DNA of 44,231 bases from the IMG/VR virus record IMGVR_UViG_3300045988_042325, positions 1-44,231 of that record, one strand, 5' to 3'. Both the position numbers and the translations under genes were made by a program. Position 1 is the first letter of the stretch; every line of letters starts with the position of its first letter. A model generated the notes under the pieces. The model saw only the letters and a program-made list of their open reading frames with translations, was not told the DNA's origin and searched no databases. The DNA is from a virus. Positions 16,932-25,140 of the stretch are shown here, in pieces.

Positions 16932-17209
16932 TCAGTTCCGCCGCCTTTCACGATCTGCATAACTGTCTGATATAGTGCGGAATTTCTTCCGACCAGCTTT
17001 GTTATGTATGTATCTAACTGCTCAACAACCTTGTCCGCATCAAAAGCTGTCGGTTGTTCGTCAATTTCCATCATCGTACTTACAAGAGCATCTGCAACCT
17101 CTATCATTTCTGGTTCATCTGGCTTGGATGGTTTCAACCATCTTGAGATATTTTCTTTTAATAAGTCCGCATCAATCAGTCTCATAATCTTCGCACTCCT
17201 CCGCATCAC
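16928..17209 (-). CDS. Hypothetical protein
   Basis: 93-aa ORF with a 4-nt overlap to the YopX gene. Confidence 0.55.
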   Translation of the reverse strand: MMRRSAKIMRLIDADLLKENISRWLKPSKPDEPEMIEVADALVSTMMEIDEQPTAFDADKVVEQLDTYITKLVGRNSALYQTVMQIVKGGGTE

Positions 17210-17375
17210 TCATACTTCCTACCTGCTTTATATCTTCTTTGCAGAATCCCAAATGTTCATGAGTAATAAATTCAATTCCATTTTTCCATTTCATATAAAT
17301 CAATTTTTCTCCAGTCAATTCGCATTTGTGCTTTCTTGCATTCAGATACTTACAGGCTCCGTCACAGTAGCTCAT
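17172..17375 (-). CDS. Hypothetical Cys-rich small protein
   Basis: 67-aa ORF containing 'CDGACKYLNARKHKC'. Confidence 0.5.
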   Translation of the reverse strand: MSYCDGACKYLNARKHKCELTGEKLIYMKWKNGIEFITHEHLGFCKEDIKQVGSMSDAEECEDYETD

Positions 17376-17386
17376 TTTACGTCCTC

Positions 17387-17674
17387 CTAATATCTATCAA
17401 ATTCAATGTTACTGTCTGAATAGAATCTGTATGAATCCTCTTTGATTTTCTTATTTTTACACATGATAATTTCTTTCGATTTACTGACAGCTTCGTTAAA
17501 ATCCTCTGTTCCGAGATTGTAGTTGAAAATATCCAATGCACTACAGTTGAGAAACAGTGCATCTCCGCAACCAGCGTATTTGTGGATAACGATTCCTAAA
17601 GAATTGTATTTCAAGGCGAAAATACTTCCAGTTTTAGGATCTTCGTCATACTTGGCGTTACTTTTAAATTTCAT
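17387..17674 (-). CDS. Hypothetical protein
   Basis: 95-aa ORF. Confidence 0.55.
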   Translation of the reverse strand: MKFKSNAKYDEDPKTGSIFALKYNSLGIVIHKYAGCGDALFLNCSALDIFNYNLGTEDFNEAVSKSKEIIMCKNKKIKEDSYRFYSDSNIEFDRY

Positions 17675-17787
17675 TTCCCGTCCTCACTTTCCCCATGTAA
17701 GCAACTGACACGCTATTGTGCAGTCCTCCATGACAGAATCCTCTACTTCTGCTATGATTTCTTGTTTTTCAAGTTCTGTCATATCTT

Positions 17788-17955
17788 TCACGCTCCTGTA
17801 AATAAAATCGCTGCTGCAATAGCCAATGAATAAACTTTGCAAAACCATAAAATAAACAATATCTTTTCATGGGCTGTAAAAACATCAGCAATATACAGAC
17901 GTAGATACATTATTATCATTCCGGTAAACCATATTACCATCGCATCATAATTCAT
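17788..17955 (-). CDS. Small two-TM membrane peptide (55 aa)
   Basis: Own translation: MNYDAMVIWFTGMIIMYLRLYIADVFTAHEKILFILWFCKVYSLAIAAAILFTGA. AGGTGA RBS 7 nt upstream. Confidence 0.45.
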   Translation of the reverse strand: MNYDAMVIWFTGMIIMYLRLYIADVFTAHEKILFILWFCKVYSLAIAAAILFTGA

Positions 17956-18279
17956 ATAATCATCACCTATGCAAATTTAAGCTGCACATCACTATCATCA
18001 ATCACAAGGTTCGGAACTCTCTCACCAATCTTTAGATATGGACAGTTTGCTTTTACGATCTGTTCTGCCATGATCGGAACTACACTGTTTCCCATTCTTC
18101 CTCCCACTCCCTGTCTGTATTAAACGGACACGTACTGCAACGGCAAATCAACTCGCCCTCTTCGTCCATTTCGTAATCATCTCCGTATCCTGTGCATTCA
18201 TAGCAAATATCATCCCAGTCATACATCTATGGTTTCTCCTTCTGCCAGTTGTTCCAGCATGGCCTGGTTACCGATCGCT

Positions 18280-18678
18280 TCAATCATCATTCCATTTTCC
18301 CTCCATTCTCAGTAAGTTGTAAAATGTGCCCATTGCTTTTCGGCGGTATGCGTAAAAATCATCCTTCTTTGCTGGTATATAATCGGTTCTTGAGATGTTG
18401 TCATAGCTTTTCCCACTCGCCAGGCTTTGATATACAAAGAATTCCAGACCTTCCGGTGCCGCATCTATACAGGCGTGCAAGAGGTTATGACGTTCTTCTC
18501 TGTCTGCCTTTCTACACCGGATCAGCAGTTCTTTTTCATCGCCAGGGAAAACGCCGTGGTCTTCATAACTCATGTTTCTGGTTTTCACCCTCGTCACCTC
18601 CGCGTGATAATTGCGTGGCATCGCAAGATTAGAAAGGTATTCGGCGGCAGTCATTTCTTTACAAACCAATCCGTCCAT
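18280..18678 (-). CDS. Hypothetical protein, possible sigma-r4/ArpU-like regulator
   Basis: AAGGAG RBS before ATG 18678. The HTH-like segment 'FFVYQSLASGKSYDNISRTDYIP' gives a weak functional call. Confidence 0.5.
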   Translation of the reverse strand: MDGLVCKEMTAAEYLSNLAMPRNYHAEVTRVKTRNMSYEDHGVFPGDEKELLIRCRKADREERHNLLHACIDAAPEGLEFFVYQSLASGKSYDNISRTDYIPAKKDDFYAYRRKAMGTFYNLLRMEGKWNDD

Positions 18679-18952
18679 ACTGTCTCCTTCTCATTTCCAG
18701 TTCTGCCCACGTCATGCTATCAATTAAGCCGCTTCTTTCGATTCTTGCCGTTACCCCAAACGGATAACAACCAGTTACGATTGCTCTTCTTTCTACTTCC
18801 TGTTTGCAGGCCGTTCCAGGATCATCAAAGTTTCCAAGATTTGAACCCTTATAGGTTCGTACCGTAATGCGGCTACCTACACGGATTCTTTTCTGCAACT
18901 CCCGAATCACCTCGCCTGTGATCGGTATATATAATCTTTCATACATCGTCAT
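18659..18952 (-). CDS. Hypothetical protein
   Basis: 97-aa ORF. Confidence 0.55.
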   Translation of the reverse strand: MTMYERLYIPITGEVIRELQKRIRVGSRITVRTYKGSNLGNFDDPGTACKQEVERRAIVTGCYPFGVTARIERSGLIDSMTWAELEMRRRQYGRIGL

Positions 18953-19232
18953 TTGTGTGTTCCTCTACCAGATAGATCCTTGCAAGATCATATCCGCTTT
19001 CTTTCAATTTTTTTGTAACGTGCTTCCACTGCTCAGAAAAATATTCAACATATTCTCCGATCTCACCAACAAGCTCGATTTTGTATCGATCTTTATAAGC
19101 CATTTCTCTTGTGGTCAATGAATATACCATTTGTCCTGGACACCCAAGAAAATCACCCATCTGTTTAGCGTTACCATCACAGGCTTTCCCGGTCTTTAAA
19201 TCCTCGCATCTGTATAGCTTTAATCTAGCCAT
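18939..19232 (-). CDS. Hypothetical protein
   Basis: Start moved to ATG 19232 (MARLKLYRCED), which overlaps the upstream stop (ATGGCTAG). The longer 143-aa version lies inside the upstream gene. Confidence 0.55.
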   Translation of the reverse strand: MARLKLYRCEDLKTGKACDGNAKQMGDFLGCPGQMVYSLTTREMAYKDRYKIELVGEIGEYVEYFSEQWKHVTKKLKESGYDLARIYLVEEHTNDDV

Positions 19233-19875
19233 TGCCCAACCTCTCTCTGATCCGCTGCGTTGCCAGAGCATCGTAGTCGGTGTCTCTCTGTTCGAAATTG
19301 TGAAAACCGTTCTTTTTTGCTTCTGGCTTTCCCTGTGTTTTTCTCGTTGCGTCATTCTGTGCTCTCGCAAACCAGCTATTTATATGTCTGGTAACACCAC
19401 TTCGTGTCTTCTTGTTCTTCGGATTAGATTTGTTCCACCCGATAATATTTCTTAACTCCTGTGCTGCATCCACTGCCGGGTATAGACTTTGCAATTCGGC
19501 AAGAGCCAGTTCCGTGACGGCGTAGTCTGTTCCATCAATCAATGGTATGTAACCAACTACCGGGCTTGTATCTTCCTGCGGCACCTTTTTCTTACTATTC
19601 TCTACTGTTTTTTCTTCCACATAGTTATCATTCTTTTCTACGTTGGCATATTTAACAGGTCTTCCACCTCTGTATCCATTGGCTTTGCGCTCAATGTTAG
19701 CGTCAATCTGCGGCTTTGCCATATCGTACGCCACCAGGTAAAACCCGTCCTCTTCCGGCTCGACTCCATCTAACCCATAGTCGATGATCGCCCATAATGC
19801 CTTTAACTGCTGATCTTCTGATAGGCGTTTAATAGCAGTCTGAAATGATTTGTAAAATACAAGGCTATCTCTCAT
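19225..19875 (-). CDS. Phage replication-associated protein (replisome-organizer-like, tentative)
   Basis: N-terminus 'FYKSFQTAIKRLSEDQQLKALWAIIDYGLDG' and C-terminus 'NIIGWNKSNPKNKKTRSGVTRHINSWF' resemble phage replication-initiation helper proteins by eye. Confidence 0.5.
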   Translation of the reverse strand: MRDSLVFYKSFQTAIKRLSEDQQLKALWAIIDYGLDGVEPEEDGFYLVAYDMAKPQIDANIERKANGYRGGRPVKYANVEKNDNYVEEKTVENSKKKVPQEDTSPVVGYIPLIDGTDYAVTELALAELQSLYPAVDAAQELRNIIGWNKSNPKNKKTRSGVTRHINSWFARAQNDATRKTQGKPEAKKNGFHNFEQRDTDYDALATQRIRERLGNG

Positions 19876-20197
19876 CTCTGCCCGCCTCCCATTCTCCGTA
19901 TATCTGCATCCAATCGGTAAGCCGCATGGTTACCAGCCATTCGCACCGATCACGGCGGTGGAAGACTGTCGGGATAAGCCCGGCGGCTGCATCATGCACG
20001 GCCTGTCCCATTGCATCCAGCAGATTCAGTTTTTCAACCCGCTTGCACTCAATATGGATTCCTGGCAGACCTACAACATCAGCGTCTCCGTTGGCTCCGC
20101 AATACTGCTGGCCCCTTCTGGCGTTGTATCCGTAGTCTCTAAGTATCTTCGAGAGTTCTCGTTCTCCCCTTGCTCCCTTCTTTTTGGAGTTAACCAC
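19865..20197 (-). CDS. PD-(D/E)xK nuclease, Holliday-junction-resolvase-like
   Basis: 'KKGARGERELSKIL...DADVVGLPGIHIECKR' fits the E...D...E-x-K pattern. Start moved to GTG 20197, which overlaps the upstream stop and has a GGAGGTGG RBS. Confidence 0.6.
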   Translation of the reverse strand: MVNSKKKGARGERELSKILRDYGYNARRGQQYCGANGDADVVGLPGIHIECKRVEKLNLLDAMGQAVHDAAAGLIPTVFHRRDRCEWLVTMRLTDWMQIYGEWEAGRDER

Positions 20198-20561
20198 TGT
20201 AACCACCTCCAAAAAATGAGATTTGACCACGGCACTGCTTTTCTTTCTTTTCTGTCTGTGCAAACCGTCTAGCACCATTCTGCGCCTTTCTAATGCTGGC
20301 GATACGACGGTTCTGTCTTTCAATCCATCTGGCCGCCTCAGACCGTCCCTGTGCGTTTGTGCGTGGGATATAATAACCTTTCCCGCCCTCTACGCTTAAG
20401 ATTGGTCTTTCATGCCGAAGCATCTCAATCGCTTTTCTGACTGCACGGTCTGGCATTCCTGTTTTCTTTGCCAATTCCTGCCTTGATGTGGCGTTTTCAC
20501 GTCCTACACCGATAGCATTATATACAACCGCCATTGCGGTATCTGCGATTCTGTAGTCCAA
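20190..20561 (-). CDS. Winged-helix DNA-binding protein
   Basis: 'TSRQELAKKTGMPDRAVRKAIEMLRHERPILS' matches the wHTH pattern. Confidence 0.65.
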   Translation of the reverse strand: MDYRIADTAMAVVYNAIGVGRENATSRQELAKKTGMPDRAVRKAIEMLRHERPILSVEGGKGYYIPRTNAQGRSEAARWIERQNRRIASIRKAQNGARRFAQTEKKEKQCRGQISFFGGGYSG

Positions 20562-20658
20562 TGTATCCTCCTTTCTCCCGCCTCGGCTGCTGAAAGTTCA
20601 ACCGGACGGGAATGGATTTTCGTGACATATCTATCTCTTGGGTCTTAGGCCCCGGAGG

Positions 20659-20961
20659 TCATAAGTAGTTCTTGCCAAACTCTCCCATAAACTCTTCCCG
20701 ACTCCCGTAATGGCTCTCATAATACTCCTGTGCCATTTCCTTTAACTTCCTGTCGATCTCCAAATTTTCTTTCGTTCTTGCGAAGTTCGCGCCGTTTGGG
20801 TGTAAGTCTGGTCTTAATGGAATCACAAAACCTCTTTTTTCGGATTTCACTTTGTAGCCCTGCCGCCCCTCAAAAATGTGGTGGCGTTCTACATTCGGTG
20901 ACCCGGTAAAATAGCAATGATCCATATCATCGGTAAATGCGCTCCATAGCTTTTTAGCCAT
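20659..20961 (-). CDS. Hypothetical Cys/His protein
   Basis: Start moved to ATG 20961 (MAKKLWSAF), which overlaps the upstream stop (ATGGCTAA). Contains motif 'HCYFTGSPNVERHHIF'. Confidence 0.55.
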   Translation of the reverse strand: MAKKLWSAFTDDMDHCYFTGSPNVERHHIFEGRQGYKVKSEKRGFVIPLRPDLHPNGANFARTKENLEIDRKLKEMAQEYYESHYGSREEFMGEFGKNYL

Positions 20962-21526
20962 CTTTTCTCCTGTTCTGATCATACAGATCGAGCATCCTTT
21001 GTAATTCTTCCGGCGTTGCCGTCTCAATGCCGCATTCCTTACACTCTGACACCAGTCCATCTATTAATTCCGACATTTCCCGCGTATCATAGTCACTGGA
21101 GCCTTTTAACATCACGTATGTACGATACGTTACCCCGTCGCTCCCAGATACGGTCTGTGAGGTTGGTCTGATGTGATATGTTGACGCTTCCATAGCCATT
21201 TTCTCGGCTTTTTCTGTGTCCGGTATACGGATATATGCCTTGATCCCGTCAATCAGTAAATTTTGACCGTAGCGGCGCAACATCATGTTATGAGCGCACT
21301 GCTTTGAGATCTTCATGTACTCTGCCAGTCTGGAAAGCAGCACCCAGTAGTAAGCGTTACTGTCAAGGCTCCGCTTTTCCCTCCAGATTTTGGCGGTGAT
21401 CTTCAAATCTTTCTGGTTGATGGAATCCGCTTGACTGCTTACATCATCGTCAACCTCAAACGCCACCTGGAATTTCCCGGTTCTCCAATCTTTTTGTACG
21501 GTGATCAGTCTCCCTTTACATTCCAT
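20954..21526 (-). CDS. ninB: NinB/Orf-like recombination mediator
   Basis: 'REKRSLDSNAYYWVLLSRLA' and 'GSSDYDTREMSELIDGLVSECKECGIET' parallel lambda NinB 'ERNRSLDQNRKLWACLGDV' and 'GQSTSRMRVGEFAELLELIQAFGTERGV'. Adjacent to the annealase. Confidence 0.6.
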   Translation of the reverse strand: MECKGRLITVQKDWRTGKFQVAFEVDDDVSSQADSINQKDLKITAKIWREKRSLDSNAYYWVLLSRLAEYMKISKQCAHNMMLRRYGQNLLIDGIKAYIRIPDTEKAEKMAMEASTYHIRPTSQTVSGSDGVTYRTYVMLKGSSDYDTREMSELIDGLVSECKECGIETATPEELQRMLDLYDQNRRKDG

Positions 21527-22287
21527 TATTTAAACGGGACTCCCTCCTCATTCTCTGGTGGTACAGTGCTTGGATCAACGCCACCTGTTGATTTTGACGG
21601 TGTTTTCTCAAACGCTGCCATTGCTCTTTTAAACTGGTCAATCGTCAATTCAGCCAGCGTTGTTCCTCCAATCGCCTTTAAAATCGCTGACTTTGGTTTT
21701 CCAATGCGATTGCATCCGCTTAAAAAGGTCTGCCGCATTTCTTCCGTTGCATATTCCGGTTGATCTGATTTCATGGAAAAAACCACTGTATTTTTGCATT
21801 TGATAACCAGATCAACGATATTCTTTTTTTTGTCATATCCAATCTTGCTTACGGTAAAGCGATCATTGCACGTATAAACAGTCTTTCCTCTGGAATCAGT
21901 TCTCCCAGTACTTACGAGTTTGCATTTTTCAGACGGTACCCAGATAAACGGAGCTGTGTAAAGTTCCCGTCCAATACCCCAGTTGAAGCAGGCACGCTTA
22001 AAGCTATCCGATGCAAGTCCTTTTTCTTTCTCTGTATAACTTTCCGTGCCAGTGTCCTCTTTTGATATCCACTGTTTCTTCTCATCGTCCCACAGGCTAA
22101 CTGTACAGTTTGCGTTGTCCCGGCTATGACTTCTCTGCCAGTTCATCGGTCCTACTGTCTCATCAAGGATATTCTGATCCACTCTAGCATCCTTATAAAG
22201 TAATAAGGACACGCCTTTTTCACTTACCGTTGCTATCCTACAATCAATTTCAGACGCTTCTAGCAAACGGAATGATAATTCTGCCAT
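21526..22287 (-). CDS. Rad52/Sak-type single-strand annealing protein
   Basis: 'RVDQNILDETVGPMNWQ' and 'KGLASDSFKRACFNWGIGRELY' are the family signature. Confidence 0.85.
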   Translation of the reverse strand: MAELSFRLLEASEIDCRIATVSEKGVSLLLYKDARVDQNILDETVGPMNWQRSHSRDNANCTVSLWDDEKKQWISKEDTGTESYTEKEKGLASDSFKRACFNWGIGRELYTAPFIWVPSEKCKLVSTGRTDSRGKTVYTCNDRFTVSKIGYDKKKNIVDLVIKCKNTVVFSMKSDQPEYATEEMRQTFLSGCNRIGKPKSAILKAIGGTTLAELTIDQFKRAMAAFEKTPSKSTGGVDPSTVPPENEEGVPFK

Positions 22288-22295
22288 ACCATCAC

Positions 22296-22781
22296 CTACT
22301 TAATCTGCATATTCTGTCTCTTTGTAAGAGACGCCCCCTCAATAACCTCTCCGGCCTTTAATGCCTTTTTCAAAGCCATCTTGTCCACTTCTGGATCTTT
22401 AACCTTTATGTATTCCTCCGGAAGAGCTGTGACATCTCCCACATACTCAACCGCCTCCGATGATCTCCAAGACACAGATACCCTAGGTGTGGAGAATTTT
22501 TCTCCGTTTAACGCCATTGCAACCCATCTCTTTAAACTCTCCGCTCTTTTCTCTGCCTGCTGCTGACGCTCCGCAAAAGCCATCTTTTCTTTCTTGAGTT
22601 CCTCGGCATCGCTGACCAGATTCTTGATCCAGAGTAACACACCCTCAATCTTCTGGTCTCTGGCTTCCTGGAGACTGTCCAGTGCCGCATATGCGGCTTC
22701 ATTCACAATTTCACCTGTCTCTGGATCTACTGCTTGCTCAAAAGCCTGCATAATCATTTCGTCAATTTCGTACAGTTTCAT
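22296..22781 (-). CDS. Siphovirus Gp157-like protein
   Basis: 'MKLYEIDEMIMQAFE...', a central coiled coil, and 'FSTPRVSVSWRSSEAVEY...LPEEYIKVK' match the Gp157 family pattern. Confidence 0.8.
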   Translation of the reverse strand: MKLYEIDEMIMQAFEQAVDPETGEIVNEAAYAALDSLQEARDQKIEGVLLWIKNLVSDAEELKKEKMAFAERQQQAEKRAESLKRWVAMALNGEKFSTPRVSVSWRSSEAVEYVGDVTALPEEYIKVKDPEVDKMALKKALKAGEVIEGASLTKRQNMQIK

Positions 22782-22906
22782 AGTTTACCTCCGCTTCTTG
22801 CATTCTATTTTCATTCATCTGCTTTCTATGGTTTATCCGGTGTTTCATATCCTTCCGGCACTTCTCACAGAGGAGACCGCCGTCCTCCAGATATGCGCCG
22901 CAACGA

Positions 22907-23215
22907 TCACATTTTTCCGGCACGTCTTAATTCCTCCATGATGTCTTTAAGACCTCTCTTAAGGTCATCTACGTTTTCGCCCCTACCGTACTTCCAAAAA
23001 TCTGCTGACTTATAAGGAGACCATCCATTCTTATGCACGTATGCATGAGTGGAAGCGGTATGCCCGGAAAATTCAAAGAATGCTGTTGGCTTATTTCCAG
23101 TCAACGTTCTAGTTCTAGGGTATGTTCCATTGATTTCCAACACCATTTCCAGGACATCATGAATCTTTTTTCTGCGCAGCTTCTCGACTTTCTTTTCGAT
23201 TCTCTTCTTTCCCAT
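22907..23215 (-). CDS. Hypothetical basic protein
   Basis: 102-aa ORF. A short CxxC...CxxC ORF (GTG start, about 50 aa) may follow at about 22780..22925. Confidence 0.55.
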   Translation of the reverse strand: MGKKRIEKKVEKLRRKKIHDVLEMVLEINGTYPRTRTLTGNKPTAFFEFSGHTASTHAYVHKNGWSPYKSADFWKYGRGENVDDLKRGLKDIMEELRRAGKM

Positions 23216-23315
23216 TGCTTTTCTCCTCCAAATCTGTTATCATACTCATGTATGTTTTTTCTTAATTGACCGTTCAGTTCTGCCAAACTGACGGTCTTTT
23301 TTTCGGTTGGTGACG

Positions 23316-24011
23316 TTACTCCTCTGGCTCATTTTCTTCTGGAGTGAGGTCAATCTGCATCTTCGCCAGTTCAACCGCTGCTAAATACGTTTTAGCGTGC
23401 TTATTGTCCCCATGCGTTTCCTTGACTTTCTTTACGAATTCATCCACATTTCCTATAAAACATCCACACGAAACACCGATAAAAAGATTGTTTGTACGGA
23501 AAAATGTAGTAAATCCATTTCTGCTACCCATAGGACCAATCACTAAATAGTGAGATGTTTTAAAGACTCTGGCGTATCCGCGTACTGTGGCATTTCCGCG
23601 TACTGTGGCATTTTCGCGTACTGTGGCATTTTCGCGTACTGTGGCATTTTCGCTGACTATGGCACTTCCGCTGACTATGGCATTTTCGCTGACTATGGCA
23701 CTTCCGCTGACTATGGCATTTTCGCTTATTGTGGCGTGTCCGCGGACTATGGCACTTCCGCTGACTATGGCATTTCCGCTGACTCTGGCGTGTCCGCGTA
23801 CTGTGGCATTTTCGCTGACTATGGCATTTTCGCTTACTGTGGCACTTCCGCGGACCCAGGCGTTTCCATCTTGAGAAAGGTTCTCTTCTTTCTCCAAGAA
23901 TCCACCTAGTTCGCCCTCTTTCACGTCCCCAAACGCCACCAGCGCCCGGATGCGGTACAGGGTTTTTCCAAGCTTCACGATACTTTCCGATGTTAATTCA
24001 AATTTCTTCAT
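23316..24011 (-). CDS. Hexapeptide-repeat (left-handed beta-helix-type) protein
   Basis: 17 consecutive hexapeptides (SENAIV, SGSAIV, RENATV, RGHARV and so on) lie between the N-terminus 'LYRIRALVAFGDVKEGELGGFLEKEENLS' and the C-terminus 'GCFIGNVDEFVKKVKETHG'. Confidence 0.75.
   Translation of the reverse strand: MKKFELTSESIVKLGKTLYRIRALVAFGDVKEGELGGFLEKEENLSQDGNAWVRGSATVSENAIVSENATVRGHARVSGNAIVSGSAIVRGHATISENAIVSGSAIVSENAIVSGSAIVSENATVRENATVRENATVRGNATVRGYARVFKTSHYLVIGPMGSRNGFTTFFRTNNLFIGVSCGCFIGNVDEFVKKVKETHGDNKHAKTYLAAVELAKMQIDLTPEENEPEE
23562..23867. repeat. Tandem array, 17 x 18 nt, inside the hexapeptide-repeat gene
   Basis: Units include GCGTACTGTGGCATTTTC, GCTGACTATGGCACTTCC and GCTGACTATGGCATTTTC. 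Several adjacent units are identical. Confidence 0.9.
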
Positions 24012-24065
24012 TTCCTCTTTCTCCTTTTCTTCTTAGTCCCCCGGCTTACGCCGTTCCTCTTGTCC

Positions 24066-24311
24066 CTAATTTTCTGGCTCATTGTTCAAATCTCCATTGA
24101 TCTCAGTCTTATATGAGTTGATCCCGTTCCCGTCCTGGGAAACGTAATCATAGGACTGGAATACATAGATCCATGCTCCATTGGTGCCGATCAGTGCCAC
24201 AAGGGTAATTATCCAAGCGACAAACCAACGTTTTGCGTCTTTCTTAGCCTGCTCGATCACTTCACAGGCAAAATACTTTTCCAGCCCATCATAGTCCGGC
24301 TTTTTATCCAT
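24066..24311 (-). CDS. Single-pass membrane protein
   Basis: Start moved to ATG 24311 (MDKKPDYDG), with an AAGGAGG RBS. TM segment 'WFVAWIITLVALIGTNGAWIYVF'. Confidence 0.6.
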   Translation of the reverse strand: MDKKPDYDGLEKYFACEVIEQAKKDAKRWFVAWIITLVALIGTNGAWIYVFQSYDYVSQDGNGINSYKTEINGDLNNEPEN

Positions 24312-24331
24312 AAAAATTTCCTCCTTGTCTC

Positions 24332-24360
24332 TTGCGGACACAGGAAGAAAATGTTATACT
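24332..24360 (+). promoter_or_regulatory. Candidate plus-strand (antisense) promoter
   Basis: TTGCGG, 17-nt spacer, TATACT, with a TGT extended -10. Faces against the minus-strand operon. Confidence 0.4.
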
Positions 24361-24366
24361 ATTCCC

Positions 24367-24440
24367 GTATCCGTTAAGTATGTGTTAACGGTTACACGCT
24401 CCGGCTGGTGCTCCATCACCACCGGGGCATTTTATTTTTT
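24367..24440 (+). ncRNA. Candidate ~75-nt cis-antisense small RNA
   Basis: Predicted from the promoter at 24332..24360. Contains hairpin CCGTTAA-GTATGTG-TTAACGG (24371..24391) and a terminator hairpin at 24401..24425 followed by CATTTTATTTTTT. Confidence 0.3.
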
Positions 24441-24515
24441 CTTTTCACTGTACACCAGCGCAATCACGATTACGCCAATGGTGCCAATCAGGACACCCGC
24501 TAAAAATCCTGTCAC
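24432..24515 (-). CDS. Tiny hydrophobic peptide ORF (27 aa, GTG start; 33 aa if GTG 24533)
   Basis: Own translation: (M)TGFLAGVLIGTIGVIVIALVYSEKKK. An AGGAGGTGA sequence lies about 14 nt upstream. The 3' end overlaps the T-tract of the candidate sRNA terminator. Confidence 0.25.
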   Translation of the reverse strand: MTGFLAGVLIGTIGVIVIALVYSEKKK

Positions 24516-24536
24516 AAATAACGTGTCTCTCACCTC

Positions 24537-24695
24537 CTACGCATACAGAAGCAGGAAGAGAATAAAACAAATCCAAATCATCCCAAGCAATGCCATTTTG
24601 GCCATATTGGCAATGATCTTTTTGAACTTCCACTCCATCCGGTACATCTTCCGAAGTTCCGGCCATTTGATGTACTTGTAATATCTCAAGATCAT
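24537..24695 (-). CDS. Small membrane protein (52 aa)
   Basis: Own translation: MILRYYKYIKWPELRKMYRMEWKFKKIIANMAKMALLGMIWICFILFLLLYA. ATGA overlap with the upstream gene stop. Confidence 0.5.
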   Translation of the reverse strand: MILRYYKYIKWPELRKMYRMEWKFKKIIANMAKMALLGMIWICFILFLLLYA

Positions 24696-24943
24696 GGTCT
24701 CTTCCCTCTCACAATTCCCAGCAACTCCTCGTCACTGAGTTTTAACAACCTGGCAAGGCTTTGTAGCTCCCCTACCGTGAACTCCGCTGGATTCTTTCGC
24801 TTGCGGTAGTAGGTGGCTCGTCCCATTACCAGGCTTTTCGCCATCATATCCGGTGTTTTCATCAGCTCAACCTCTTTCTGGCTGATGATCGACCGTGCAT
24901 ATGCAGCCTTTACAACAAACTCTGGTGGTCTTACTGTTGCCAT
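24692..24943 (-). CDS. Small HTH-like DNA-binding protein, first gene of a leftward early operon
   Basis: 83 aa. 'MGRATYYRKRKNPAEFTVGELQSLARLLKLSDEELL' is HTH-like. Faces a divergent regulatory region. Confidence 0.6.
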   Translation of the reverse strand: MATVRPPEFVVKAAYARSIISQKEVELMKTPDMMAKSLVMGRATYYRKRKNPAEFTVGELQSLARLLKLSDEELLGIVRGKRP

Positions 24944-25074
24944 CTTCCACCTCTTTCCCCGTTCCCACAGTCAATCTAGTGCGTTCCCCTTTCCCAGAGC
25001 GAACCACGTTGCACGTGTGGCTTCTGGCGCTAAGCGATTTATCGCTCGGCGCAAACGGTATTAAATACATTTGC

Positions 25075-25110
25075 ATTTACATTTACATTTTCCTTTACCT
25101 TTACATTTAC
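25075..25110. repeat. Hexanucleotide tandem repeat (ATTTAC-like) x6
   Basis: TTTAC or TTTTC starts at 25076, 25082, 25088, 25094, 25100 and 25106, an exact 6-nt period. Confidence 0.8.
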
Positions 25111-25140
25111 ATTAGGTTTTTGGAAAATGTGTTTTTTGAT

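Noticed and set aside
18939-19370. Long N-terminal extensions of several ORF-track entries (18939..19370, 20659..21060, 19865..20323, 35388..37199, 32381..33235, 9240..10067, 517..1290)
   Set aside because: The extensions lie inside the upstream gene and lack RBSs. Internal starts with SD sequences and ATGA/ATGxxTAA-type stop-start overlaps fit better.
23550-23909. Plus-strand ORFs (119 aa and 95 aa) across the 18-nt repeats, and the possibility that the array is a CRISPR
   Set aside because: The ORFs are frame shadows of the tandem repeat. The units are contiguous with no unique spacers, and they sit in frame inside a hexapeptide-repeat gene, so this is not a CRISPR array.
24325-24681. 118-aa plus-strand ORF and the 73-aa minus-strand ORF 24445..24666
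   Set aside because: Neither has an RBS or protein-like composition. The alternative minus-strand frame gives a 52-aa TM protein with an ATGA overlap to the upstream gene, which fits the operon structure.
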